DNA of 64,000 nucleotides. Origin: Macrostomum hystrix. Lineage: Eukaryota; Animalia; Platyhelminthes. Below the pieces are notes generated by a model. It searched no databases, was not told where the DNA came from, and saw only the letters and a list, made by a program, of their open reading frames with translations. Shown piece by piece: positions 11,510-23,869 of this stretch (position 1 is its first letter; every line of letters starts with the position of its first letter). Location: NCBI GenBank assembly GCA_950097015.1, contig CATNEN010000007.1:10788001-10852000 (forward strand), in the 5' to 3' direction. The translations under genes and the position numbers were made by a program.

Positions 11510-13545
11510 TGAGGGAAGTGGTAGACTGGAGAAGGGACGTGGGAGACTCGAGAAGGGAAATGGGAGACTGGAGAAGGGACGTGGGAGACTGGAGAGGGGA
11601 AGGGGGAGACTCGAGAAGGGAAATGGGAGACTGGAGAAGGGACGTGGGAGCCTGGAGAGGGGAAATGGGAGACTGGGGAAGGGAAATGGGAGACTTTAGA
11701 GGGGAAGTGGGAGACTCGAGAAGGGAAGTGGAAGTCTGGAGAAGGGAACTGGAAGTCTGGAGAAGGGAAGTGGGAGCCTGTAGAAGGGAAATGGGAGCCT
11801 GGAGAAGGGAAATGGGAGACTGGAGAAGGGAAGTGGGAGACTGGGGAAGGGAAGTGGGAGACTGGGGAAGGGAAATGGGAGACTTTAGAGGGGAAGTGGG
11901 AGACTAAAGAAGGGAAATGGGAGACTGGAGAAGGGAAATAGGAGCCTGGAGAAGGGACGTGGGAGACTGGAGAAGGGAAATGGGAGACTGGAGAAGGGAA
12001 GTGGGAGCCTGGAGAAGGGAAGTGGGAGACTGGGGAAGGGAAATGGGAGACTGGAGAAGGGAAATGGGAGACAAGAGAGGGGAAGTGGGAGACTGGAGAA
12101 GGGACGTGGGAGACTGGAGAGGGGAAGTGGGAGACTAGAGAAGGGAAATGGGAGACTGGAGAAGGGAAACGGGAGACTAGAGAGGGGAAGTGGGAGACTG
12201 GAGAAGGGACGTGGGAGACTGGAGAGGGGAAGTGGGAGACTAGAGAAGGGAAATGGGAGACTGGAGAAGGGAAACGGGAGACTAGAGAGGGGAAGTGGGA
12301 GACTGGAGAAGGGACGTGGGAGACTGGAGAGGGGAAGTGGGAGCCTGGAGAAGGGAATTCGGAGACTAGAGAGGGGAAGTGGGAGACTAGAGAAGGGAAA
12401 TGGGAGCCTGGAGAGGGGAAGTGGGAGACTGGAGAAGGGAAGTGAGAGACAAGAGAGGGGAAGTGGGAGACTAGAGAGGGGAAGTGGGAGACTGGAGAAG
12501 GGACGTGGGAGACTGGAGAAGGGAAGTGGGAGACTGGAGAAGGGACGTGGGAGACTGGAGAGGGGAAGTGGGAGACTGGAGAAGGGAAGTGGGAGACTCG
12601 AGAAGGGAAGTGGAAGTCTGGAGAAGGGAACTGGAAGTCTGGAGAAGGGAAGTGGGAGCCTGTAGAAGGGAAATGGGAGCCTGGAGAAGGGAAATGGGAG
12701 ACTGGAGAAGGGAAGTGGGAGACTGGGGAAGGGAAGTGGGAGACTGGGGAAGGGAAATGGGAGACTTTAGAGGGGAAGTGGGAGACTAAAGAAGGGAAAT
12801 GGGAGACTGGAGAAGGGAAATAGGAGCCTGGAGAAGGGACGTGGGAGACTGGAGAAGGGAAATGGGAGACTGGAGAAGGGAAGTGGGAGCCTGGAGAAGG
12901 GAAGTGGGAGACTGGGGAAGGGAAATGGGAGACTGGAGAAGGGAAATGGGAGACAAGAGAGGGGAAGTGGGAGACTGGAGAAGGGACGTGGGAGACTGGA
13001 GAGGGGAAGTGGGAGACTAGAGAAGGGAAATGGGAGACTGGAGAAGGGAAACGGGAGACTAGAGAGGGGAAGTGGGAGACTGGAGAAGGGACGTGGGAGA
13101 CTGGAGAGGGGAAGTGGGAGACTAGAGAAGGGAAATGGGAGACTGGAGAAGGGAAACGGGAGACTAGAGAGGGGAAGTGGGAGACTGGAGAAGGGACGTG
13201 GGAGACTGGAGAGGGGAAGTGGGAGCCTGGAGAAGGGAATTCGGAGACTAGAGAGGGGAAGTGGGAGACTAGAGAAGGGAAATGGGAGCCTGGAGAGGGG
13301 AAGTGGGAGACTGGAGAAGGGAAGTGAGAGACAAGAGAGGGGAAGTGGGAGACTAGAGAGGGGAAGTGGGAGACTGGAGAAGGGACGTGGGAGACTGGAG
13401 AAGGGAAGTGGGAGACTGGAGAAGGGACGTGGGAGACTGGAGAGGGGAAGTGGGAGACTGGAGAAGGGAAGTGGGAGACTGGAGAAGGGACGTGGGAGAC
13501 TGGAGAGGGGAAGTGGGAGACTCGAGAAGGGAAGTGGGAGATTGG
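11510..13545. repeat. 21-bp purine-rich minisatellite (GGGAGACTGGAGAAGGGAAGT)n, ~2 kb, with an 882-bp higher-order duplication
   Basis: Diagnostic variant units recur at an 882-bp offset (11731/12613; ORFs 11917/12799). Confidence 0.97.
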
Positions 13546-14068
13546 ATAAGGACGTTGGAGATGAGAGAAAGGTGAGGGAGGTGACAGCCGGAAGAGGCAG
13601 CGAAGAGCCAAATGGATCAAAGTATCTGTTAGTCTGATGGCGCTGCAACAAGGAAGTGAGACAAGAGGTGATGGAATGCTCATATCGGTTTTGCTACATC
13701 CATTTTCCGTTGATCAGTCTCTCAGCCTCGATCTCGCAGCCCCTATCGGCAAAAAATTTCCCCAAACATCCGGGACATGGCCGGTCTCAGCAGATCCTCA
13801 CAGAGTCTTAATGGAAACAAGGCTTTGTCGGGCCGAACACTTGGAAGGCTGCGAGAACAACAACTCAGCCGACCAGGTAATGAGAAGCGAGAACAGGAAG
13901 CGGAGGGGGAGGCGCCTGAGGTGAGGGCAGCTGCCTCCCGCAGTACGTGACACCTGTGAGGATCCTGGGCAAAGCTGTAATTAACTCCCGGCCGGCCTGA
14001 GCAGAACTAAAGCATGGAGCCCAGGAGGGCCCCGATTTGCGGACAGCCATTGGACTCAAGTTCGGTGA

Positions 14069-14428
14069 GGTCATTGACTAGAAGATTGGTCATTGACTAG
14101 AAGATCGGTCATAAACTAGAAGATTGGTCATTGACTAGAAGATTGGTCAGAAACTAGAAGATTGGTCATAAACTAGAAGATTGGTCATAAACTAGAAGAT
14201 TGGTCATTGACTAGAAGATTGGTCAGAAACTAGAAGATTGGGTCATTGACTAGAAGATTGGTCATGAGCTAGAAGATTGAGTCATTGACTAGAAGATTGG
14301 TCATGAGCTAGAAGATTGAGTCATTGACTAGAAGATTGGTCATGAGCTAGAAGATTGGGTCATTGACTAGAAGATTGGTCATGAGCTAGAAGATTGAGTC
14401 ATTGACTAGAAGATTGGTCATGAGCTAG
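14069..14428. repeat. 19-20-bp minisatellite (GGTCATTGACTAGAAGATT)n
   Basis: Tandem units visible. Confidence 0.95.
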
Positions 14429-14864
14429 TACTACAATAAGATACTATTACTATATTCTACTACTAAGCTTGAAGATGATCATAAACAAGAGGGTTTTAGT
14501 GGCTCGGGTTTTGCAGCAGGGCTTCAAACAAAAATCAGTAAAAACAATGGTCAAACACTTTGAATGCCACGACAGAAAACTAACTACAATGGGAGAACAG
14601 GGCACCTGTTCCACTGCAGCTAAAAGTAGCTCGTATATTTCTTACCTTTAGATCTGCTTGGTTAGACACAGACAAGATATTGTGCGGGGAATATCAGCGA
14701 CCTAAATGCACAAGGATAAATAGCTGAGGACCGAATAAAGACGACTTACAAAGGCTTACAAAAAAGCGAGTCACACAGGGCCACAACGAATGCGAAAGTC
14801 GCTACTACAAGTAGTGCGATGCGATGTCGACACGAACGCAAATTTCCCTTCGGACTCCAGCGAT

Positions 14865-17586
14865 TCAGTTCACGGCAGCGGCAGCAGCCAAGCTCTTCCC
14901 GACCAGCGCCCTCGCTGCCGCCATCACCTGGTCGACATCGAAGCTGCAGTCGGACTTCAGGAACTCCTTGGCCTTGTCCAGCAGCAGCTCCCATTCGGCG
15001 TGCTGGCTCTGCAGGTGAGACGCCAGGTGGGCGCAGACCAGAGCCGTGAACCAGGCGACCAGCGGCTGCAACAGTTGAGCCAGGTGGGTCAGTTCAATGG
15101 GAGTGAGGGACAGAGCGGTGAGACTGAGGCTGCAACTCCACTCACCACTCCGTCGGGTGCAGCCGCCTCCACCTCACTCCTGGCCAGGCCCAGAAGGCCC
15201 AGCAGCTCGTCGTCGATCTCCCAGCGACCGTCGAACTGCTGGCTGGCCGCTATCCTCAGAACGGCGTCACCGGCGCCGCTGCCCGACACCGAGTTTCTCG
15301 GCGCGACCGAAGAGCCGCAGGAGGTTTCGCTGCGTCTCACTGAAATGCGAGAGGGTGGAGCACAATGCGCTGGACAGATCTGCAGGCAAGCGGACACAAA
15401 CGGGGAGCTCAGCAGGAACTCACTACTGGCGCCCTTCTTCGACTTCCGGCCGAAGAAATTCATCAACGGAAGGCGGAAGTTGAAGAACGACTTGGAGCGG
15501 GCCTTGGCCCTCAGAGCTGAGTAAGCCATTGCATTGCTGTTGTCACAATAACTCGGCCCACCCAAGTCAGCGAGGCCCTGGATAATCAAAGCAAAAATTC
15601 AATGACTATTGCAATTTTGATCTTGCCAGGAATGCCAGAAACACTCACGCAGCTGGCCAGGCAGTACTTCAGCTCCCTTTCTTCCTCCACTGGCTTTACC
15701 AAGGCGGCATGCGGCTCGCCGGACTCTCGGTCGATGCCGACGAAAGCGGTGCACGCGGTGACGATGTTAGTTGCGACGCTCAGCGCCACGATGCTCTGGG
15801 TGTGCTGCCCTGTCCGATTCTCGTCAGTCCACTCCTTCAGCTGCAGCCGAGCAGCCGCTCGGTGCACCAGCATCGAGTCCGCAAGACGCGCAGCTGTTCG
15901 TGAACTGCCGACGGCCTCACCTGCCAAGGCGGTGAGTTCCGGTGCCGCTGTCTCACCTGACGCATCTGTGACCTCATCCTTCTGCAAAGCCACGGCTGCA
16001 GTCGGAGGAGCGGCCTCACAAACCACCGTCATGTCGTGACCGCCGATCAAGCTCCGGACGGTGACGGTGACGCTGCTGCTCGACGCTTCAGGGCAGAGCA
16101 GTAGGAAGGCGCTCAAATGAGTCAGCGACGCGGCCGTCAGGTCGCTCGGCACGGTGCCGAGCAGCACGGAGTCTCCGTCGGGACCGCACGCAGTCAGCTG
16201 CAGATTCTCCACACAGGGCAGCTGGGCGGCCTTCAGCAGCCCGATCACCGACCGTCTCAACTGACCGGAGTCGCCGTCTCGGACGAATTCGGCTCGACCG
16301 CGACCGACTCGAGCGACGCCCTTCACCAGACTGGTGGACGCTCCGTGACCGATGCCGATGGCAAACACTCGACTGGCGCGACCGTCGCTGCAGTTGCTCA
16401 GCACGAGCTCCTTCACCTGCTCCACGTTGCTCACCTCACCGTCCGTGAGCAGAATCAGTCGAGTCTGGCAGTCCTTGGACCGGTTCTCAAACGCCCACTT
16501 CAGAGGCTTCAGGATCTCTGTGCCTCCCATGTCCGCGCTCATCCGCGCCTGCAGCTCAAGAGCCTCCTTCAGCCTGGCCTCGCTGTACGGCTGGCTTGTT
16601 GAGAACAGCTTGTCAAAGGTCGAGCCGAAGCTGACGATGTTGAAGCGGCAGGATCGCGGCAGCGACTTCAGGAACAGCAGCAGCGCCTCCTTCGCCGCCG
16701 AAATGTTGCTACCACCCATGGAGCCGCTGCGGTCCACAACGATGACGAACTCCTTGGGCGAGTCGCCAGCCATCTGCAGCTGCGAGTTGTCCAAGAAGCA
16801 GGTGAGCGCAGCCGCCTCTCGACGGAAGAGCTCGTTGTCTCCGCAGCTTCCGGCCTCTCGCACGAGCATCGCGCCGCATGCTGGAGGCTCGAACTCGACA
16901 GTCAGCTCGATGTCGCAGTCGGGCCGGAGATCCGTCACCGAGAACTCGTCCCGACCCGGTTGCCATCGCAACGAGCCCTGGTTGCACCGGAGCTTCCGCA
17001 GGAGAGCGGAGCTGCTATCGACGCGACCCTCGAATCTCAGCTGCGACAGCCACGGCGACGACACCCCGGCTGCTGACGCTGCGGCCTCTGCACGCTTCGG
17101 CGGCTTGTCGCCGTCTTTCATCTCCGGCTTGTACCTCGGCACCAGCACCCTCGGAATAGTCAGCGCGGCCACCCATCGCTCCGGGGCCTCCAGCGACACC
17201 AGCGACCGCATGCGGATCTTCACCTGACCGCCTGACGACACGTTGCCAAGGTAGAAGTTCATCAGGTCCGACGTCTCATCGGACTCCGACGCGAGCGCCG
17301 CTGACCGACCCTGATCTATCGCGGCCCTGTACGCCGACTCCGCCTCCGATTTCTCCCTGCACTCGCACTCCACTGTGCGTCCATTTAGCTCCGCCTCGAG
17401 TCGGTAGACCGCCGACGAGTCGTCCACCGGGAACACGAACCAGACGTCCTTCAGCGACTCCTCAGTCCTGTTCTCGTACGTCAGCGAGTAGGCGCAGTCC
17501 GCCAGCCAGCCCGACACGCTGACGAACACGGCAGAGTCCAGCAGCGTCAGGGTGCTGGCCGACGAGCACTTTACCCAGTCGGACAT
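14865..17586 (-). CDS. VWA5A/BCSC-1-like VIT + vWA domain protein, copy 1 (exon 1 17586-~15648, then short exons to 14865)
   Basis: VIT-like N-terminus (FVFPVDDSSAVYRLEAEL), MIDAS DRSGSM, MGGTE, LTDG, VFAIGIG. C-terminal 'QQFDGRW' and 'EWELL..KAKEFL' are typical of this family. Confidence 0.9.
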
Positions 17587-18539
17587 GGTGGCTAGAATGC
17601 AGTGTTGGTGAATAATGAATTCTATTCGGTAATCCCCGCGCTGCAGTACTCCTAGCTCTGGCTTGCTGCACTTCTTTATCTGAATTCAGTTTGCTAACTC
17701 TATTGCACATTGGCCTTGCTCTTCGTTGCCATGGGGACGGTTGGGGTTGCTCTCTAGGTGCAGACATAGGATTGATGAAAAAGGACGTACAGAATGGCAG
17801 CGTACGCTATTTATGACTTGTCGAGAAAGTACCCAGGGGGAGAGAGGGAGAGAAGAGATCGTGTGCGTGTGTTGTGCTTGTCCCGAGAAGCACTCTACTG
17901 TTACATTTTCGTGAGAGACATCTAAAGCTAGTTTTCCCGTGCGCTGGTCTGGGCGATCGATAATGGCAGGAATTGGGTCTCCGCTGCGCCTGCTGGCAGC
18001 TGCCGGACATGAAGGCAGTGGAGGCTGTGCTTAGTGCTCACAGTATTGGCTTGTACCGGCATGCAAAAGGAAACTATTATATCAGAATGGTTACAAAACT
18101 GGTTAAAATATGTCAGGCATGAAATAACTTGATGAGGCGAGTGTTGAGGCGGGGGTGTGATTGCGAGCTCTGGGTGTACATAATGGTGTAGACTGAATTT
18201 TGCCGACAGTAAACAAGCAAGATTGAGGAAACTAACACACAGGGCTTTGAATTTCTGAAAGAAAGCTTTTTGATTTGAGCTTTAGCCTATCACAAAACTT
18301 GATAAATCATAGCAAATAGCTGCTCTTTGCAAGTAAAATTCGACTGCTTAACCTGACTGTTTTGCTCTAACTCTGAATTGCACTAGAAAATAAGGCGAAA
18401 GAGTGAGTCGAAGGATTTCAAATGCTTAAAAAACAATTTTAATGTATAAGTTAAAGTGGTGATCCCAGTGATTATACTGCCCTCAAATCAGGCAATGCCG
18501 AGAGCCACTACCAAACATGGTATGCGCACTCCTAACTGT

Positions 18540-19112
18540 GGTAGCTAATCAGATTCAGTCTGGGTGGCAGCCAATCAGATACAGTCTGGATGGCAGCCAA
18601 TCAGATTCAGTCTGGGTGGCAGCCAATCAGATTCAGTCTGGGTGGCAGCCAATCAGATACAGTCTGGATGGCAGCCAATCAGATTCAGTCTGGGTGGCAG
18701 CCAATCAGATTCAGTCTGGGTGGCAGCCAATCAGATACAGTCTGGATGGCAGCCAATCAGATTCAGTCTGGGTGGCAGCCAATCAGATTCAGTCTGGGTG
18801 GCAGCCAATCAGATTCAGTCTGGGTGGCAGCCAATCAGATACAGTCTGGGTGGCAGCCAATCAGATTCGGTCTGGGTGGCAGCCAATCAGATACAGTCTG
18901 GGTGGCAGCCAATCAGATACAGTCTGGGTGGCAGCCAATCAGATACAGTCTGGGTGGCAGCCAATCAGATACAGTCTGGATGGCAGCCAATCAGTTACAG
19001 TCTGAGTGGCAGCCAATCAGATACAGTCTGGGTGGCAGCCAATCAGATACAGTCTGGGTGGCAGCCAATCCGATACAGTCTGGGTGGCAGCCAATCAGAT
19101 GTAGTCCAATCG
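18540..19112. repeat. 26-bp minisatellite (GGTGGCAGCCAATCAGAT(T/A)CAGTCTG)n, ~22 units
   Basis: Tandem units visible. Each carries AGCCAATCAG. Confidence 0.97.
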
Positions 19113-19123
19113 GCAATCCCTTT

Positions 19124-22100
19124 CTAACTAGCAAGCGCGCTGGCATCGGGACGCCGATTAATAAGTGCCTCCGCCTCTGTCAGCAACTGAACGGCTGAGT
19201 GGTTTTGGCAGGCGGTGGCCAGATAGTCGCGGGCTTTGCCAGCCAGCAGCTCCCACTCGTCTCGCTGGCTGGCCAGTCGTACAGCCAGTTGAGCGCAGAT
19301 CAGGGCAGTGAACCAGGCCGAGAGGGGCTGCAAATGTTTGTTGAGGTTTACGATAAATAGTGGCAGCCTCGCAGGTGTTTCGTGATTGCAGGGTTACAAA
19401 TGCCTTTAACACTCGTGCCTTTCAGTTCTAGCTAGCAGTAGAAAGACCAAGTTACGAGCTATTTTGCCCAGCGGAAAAAGCACGGGCTATTTCAAATACT
19501 TTGCCTACTTCACGACAGCTCCCAAACCAAATGACCGATTTCCGTGAAAGTCCACTGTATGGATCAAAGTTTTCTGGCCATTACGATGAACGGGTTTTCA
19601 AAGCCGTCCAAGTCAGCATCGTCCAGATATTCAGCGATTCTTGTCGAAGACCCTGGTAACAAGAACCAGTAACATTGCCCAGTATAAACTTCTATTGCGA
19701 ATCCATATTGGTTTAAAAATTAACAAATTAGAAATTTAGTGAATCTAAAATAGTCATCAATTATAGACGACACGGTTGCGGGACAACATTTTGGGAGCAG
19801 AAAAAATATGCCTACAATGGTGGTTCTTTCCGCCAGACACACTGACGAGAATCTTTGAACATCTCAACGATGCCTGTGTTCTGTGATTCTGGAAGTTGTC
19901 TCATCTGATGGAGCGTTAAAAGTTTAGCCCGCGTTATGGATTTTCACGCGATTGGTTGAATATTTTATGAGATACAGAAACAGAAGCAACTGGGTATTTG
20001 AAACACCTCCTATGCTCTTTCTACTGTTAAAGAAATTATTCAGCCTCCAGCCCACATGCTGTTGTTCTCAAAGCCCTCCCGCGAACTTGCAACAAAACCG
20101 ATCACTCATTTTGCCTCGAGTGTTAAAAAACTCCTGGATGGCAGAGGCAACACGAGTGTCCGAGTGATTCTCCAATGCAACATTTGCACTTTTATTCTAG
20201 CTGTAGAATGCCTTATCAGAAGGTTTGCAGGTCAGCTGCCGCAATGTTCCTCCAGTAACAGGTCAGTTTGCTCACCACTCCGTCGGGTGCAGCCGCCTCC
20301 ACCTCACTCCTGGCTAGACCCAGCAGGCCCAGCAGCTCGTCGTCGATCTCCCAGCGACCGTCGAACTGCTGGCAGGCCGCGATCCTCAGCACGGCATCCT
20401 CAGTGCCGCTGCCCGACACCGAGACGCCAGAGGAAGCGCCTGGTGGCTTGGCGGATGACCTGTTGTTTGACTTCGCAGCCCCGCCAATTGGGCCTGGCGC
20501 AGCTGAGATGGTCGCAGCGCTGGCCCTGCCTGCAAAGCCGTGGACGGACTGGACATTGTGAGGAAGTTGGAGGAATTTGAAACTCTTGAACAGTGGGGGC
20601 AGTGGTAATTCTAGTGGTACATTGGAAAGTCTGGGGCAGTGAGATTTCTTAAGCAGTTGGCAAAACTGCATCTGACACTCCGATATCCAGAGCTATACAA
20701 AAGGTTTCGAAGAAGCGGTGTTCGCATGGCTCCCTCACTGAAGCTTACCACGACTGAGCGAACCAAAAGATGGTAGTTTAAAGCTGAGCCAGGAGGAGCC
20801 CGACTGCCTCTGCGGCGCTGGAGGGGACGCCGGTGCGCCGCTGATGCACTGGCTGCGCTCTGGTTGCATCGGGTTGTGCAACTGAACGGACCGCTGCTTA
20901 GGGTGGCAGGGGAAAAAAATTATCGGTAGATTCAGACAAAAGAAAACGCTAAATATCAACAAGAATTCTGCCTCACATTCGTTTTCGGAGAGGCCATCCG
21001 AGGCGCGAATTTGAAGATCTGCATGGACTGAATCCTGGGCGACTTCGCCCAAGCGGCATGCGGCTCGCCGGACTCTCGGTCGATGCCGACGAAAGCGGTG
21101 CACGCGGTGACGATGTTAGTTGCGACGCTCAGCGCCACGATGCTCTGGGTGTGCTGCCCTGTCCGATTCTCGTCAGTCCACTCCTTCAGCTGCAGCCGAG
21201 CAGCCGCTCGGTGCACCAGCATCGAGTCCGCCAGACGCGCAGCTATTCGTGAACTGCCGACGGCCTCACCTGCAAAGGCGGTGAGTTCCGGTGCCGCTGT
21301 CTCGCCTGACGCATCTGTGACCTCATCCTTCTGCAAAGCCACGGCTGCAGTCGGAGGAGCGGCCTCACAAACCACCGTCATGTCGTGACCGCCGATCAAG
21401 CTCCGGACGGTGACGGTGACGCTGCTGCTCGACGCTTCAGGGCAGAGCAGTAGGAAGGCGCTCAAATGAGTCAGCGACGCGGCCGTCAGGTCGCTCGGCA
21501 CGGTGCCGAGCAGCACGGAGTCTCCGTCGGGACCGCACGCAGTCAGCTGCAGATTCTCCACACAGGGCAGCTGGGCGGCCTTCAGCAGCCCGATCACCGA
21601 CCGTCTCAACTGACCGGAGTCGCCGTCTCGGACGAATTCGGCTCGACCGCGACCGACTCGAGCGACGCCCTTCACCAGACTGGTGGACGCTCCGTGACCG
21701 ATGCCGATGGCAAACACTCGACTGGCGCGACCGTCGCTGCAGTTGCTCAGCACGAGCTCCTTCACCTGCTCCACGTTGCTCACCTCACCGTCCGTGAGCA
21801 GAATCAGTCGAGTCTGGCAGTCCTTGGACCGGTTCTCAAACGCCCACTTCAGAGGCTTCAGGATCTCTGTGCCTCCCATGTCCGCGCTCATCCGCGCCTG
21901 CAGCTCAAGAGCCTCCTTCAGCCTGGCCTCGCTGTACGGCTGGCTTGTTGAGAACAGCTTGTCAAAGGTCGAGCCGAAGCTGACGATGTTGAAGCGGCAG
22001 GATCGCGGCAGCGACTTCAGGAACAGCAGCAGCGCCTCCTTCGCCGCCGAAATGTTGCTACCACCCATGGAGCCGCTGCGGTCCACAACGATGACGAACT

Positions 22101-22935
22101 CCTTGGGCGAGTCGCCAGCCATCTGCAGCTGCGAGTTGTCCAAGAAGCAGGTGAGCGCAGCCGCCTCTCGACGGAAGAGCTCGTTGTCTCCGCAGCTTCC
22201 GGCCTCTCGCACGAGCATCGCGCCGCATGCTGGAGGCTCGAACTCGACAGTCAGCTCGATGTCGCAGTCGGGCCGGAGATCCGTCACCGAGAACTCGTCC
22301 CGACCCGGTTGCCATCGCAACGAGCCCTGGTTGCACCGGAGCTTCCGCAGGAGAGCGGAGCTGCTATCGACGCGACCCTCGAATCTCAGCTGCGACAGCC
22401 ACGGCGACGACACCCCGGCTGCTGACGCTGCGGCCTCTGCACGCTTCGGCGGCTTGTCGCCGTCTTTCATCTCCGGCTTGTACCTCGGCACCAGCACCCT
22501 CGGAATAGTCAGCGCGGCCACCCATCGCTCCGGGGCCTCCAGCGACACCAGCGACCGCATGCGGATCTTCACCTGACCGCCTGACGACACGTTGCCAAGG
22601 TAGAAGTTCATCAGGTCCGACGTCTCATCGGACTCCGACGCGAGCGCCGCCGACCGACCCTGATCTATCGCGGCCCTGTACGCCGACTCCGCCTCCGATT
22701 TCTCCCTGCACTCGCACTCCACTGTGCGTCCATTTAGCTCCGCCTCGAGTCGGTAGACCGCCGACGAGTCGTCCACCGGGAACACGAACCAGACGTCCTT
22801 CAGCGACTCCTCAGTCCTGTTCTCGTACGTCAGCGAGTAGGCGCAGTCCGCCAGCCAGCCCGACACGCTGACGAACACGGCAGAGTCCAGCAGCGTCAGG
22901 GTGCTGGCCGACGAGCACTTTACCCAGTCGGACAT
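19124..22935 (-). CDS. VWA5A-like VIT + vWA protein, copy 2 (exon 1 22935-~20976; further exons near 20890-20750, 20530-20276, 19328-19124)
   Basis: Exon 1 is nearly identical to copy 1 up to GEPHAA. It has its own divergent 3' exons with QQFDGRW and DEWELLAGKARDYL. Confidence 0.88.
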
Positions 22936-23869
22936 GGTTTGCAGTTTTGGTCTTCGCAAAAAGCATGCAGTTTTAATTGGAGAATTTAGCGTGCGTCTTG
23001 TATAAGCCTGACTTTCTGTTGATGCACAGAATGTATAGGGGCCTTGGTTTTTTCTGTTTTGCCTGACTTGGTTTAAGCCATATATATGTTTTGTTAGTGC
23101 AGTGCCAACTCAGCTTACACGCTGCTATCTGAATCAGACTTGTGCAATGCAAATGGACGTGGAGTGTGTCTCGCATTCTGCGTATGAGCTTGTCCGCCAC
23201 GCACAGTCTTGGCCCAGAGATTCAGATTCTAAAAATAGAAATGGCGTCACTGCCAATTGGCTGCATGACAAGAGGCAACTTCATGCTGCAGGTTATGTCT
23301 ACTCCTATGCCTATTAATAACCTGGATGGAGTCAATGGGGACATTGCTTTAGAGTGTTTTATTTGAGACCTTTTTGTCAGGGCATGATTAGTCTAGTTTG
23401 AAGTTTGATCTGAGCTAGATTATTTAAATGAGTACTTTAGTTATTTGCCTGGCTTCGCATACGTGGAGAAGGCAATGGAGGATAGTTAAATGGCAGAAGG
23501 GGCTCACTCATAGGTAGTACTTCCCCGAAGTTACCGTCCCATTACTTCATATATGGTATATATTCTTATGTCAAATGGCTCGTTTCATTGAGTTGGTTTC
23601 TCTGCCATTCAAGCTCACAAATCCGACCACGACTATAGTAGATGAAAAACTCGTGAGTCTATTAATATCACTAATTAAGCACTCCAATCCCAGTAGACAC
23701 AAGCAGAATTTTACCATAGACTAAAGCTCAGTAAAACCTCTTTTGACCCAAAGACTCAGAGCAACAAGGCCCACAGCTGATTTTGTGAGCAAGAGATCTG
23801 AGATCGCTGGGACACTGAGCAGCTGTTCCTTTGCTCATTTCACAAACACGGCAGAGCGCAGCCACCCAG

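Noticed and set aside
11419-13683. 754-aa (SHFPSPV)n ORF
   Set aside because: It is the translation of a 21-bp minisatellite that lacks stops in one frame, with no unique domain.
1-14428. Tandem arrays as CRISPR arrays
   Set aside because: There are no unique spacers and no cas genes, and the context is eukaryotic.
18517-19198. Three overlapping repetitive ORFs
   Set aside because: A 26-bp unit gives the same peptide in all frames, so these are repeat artefacts.
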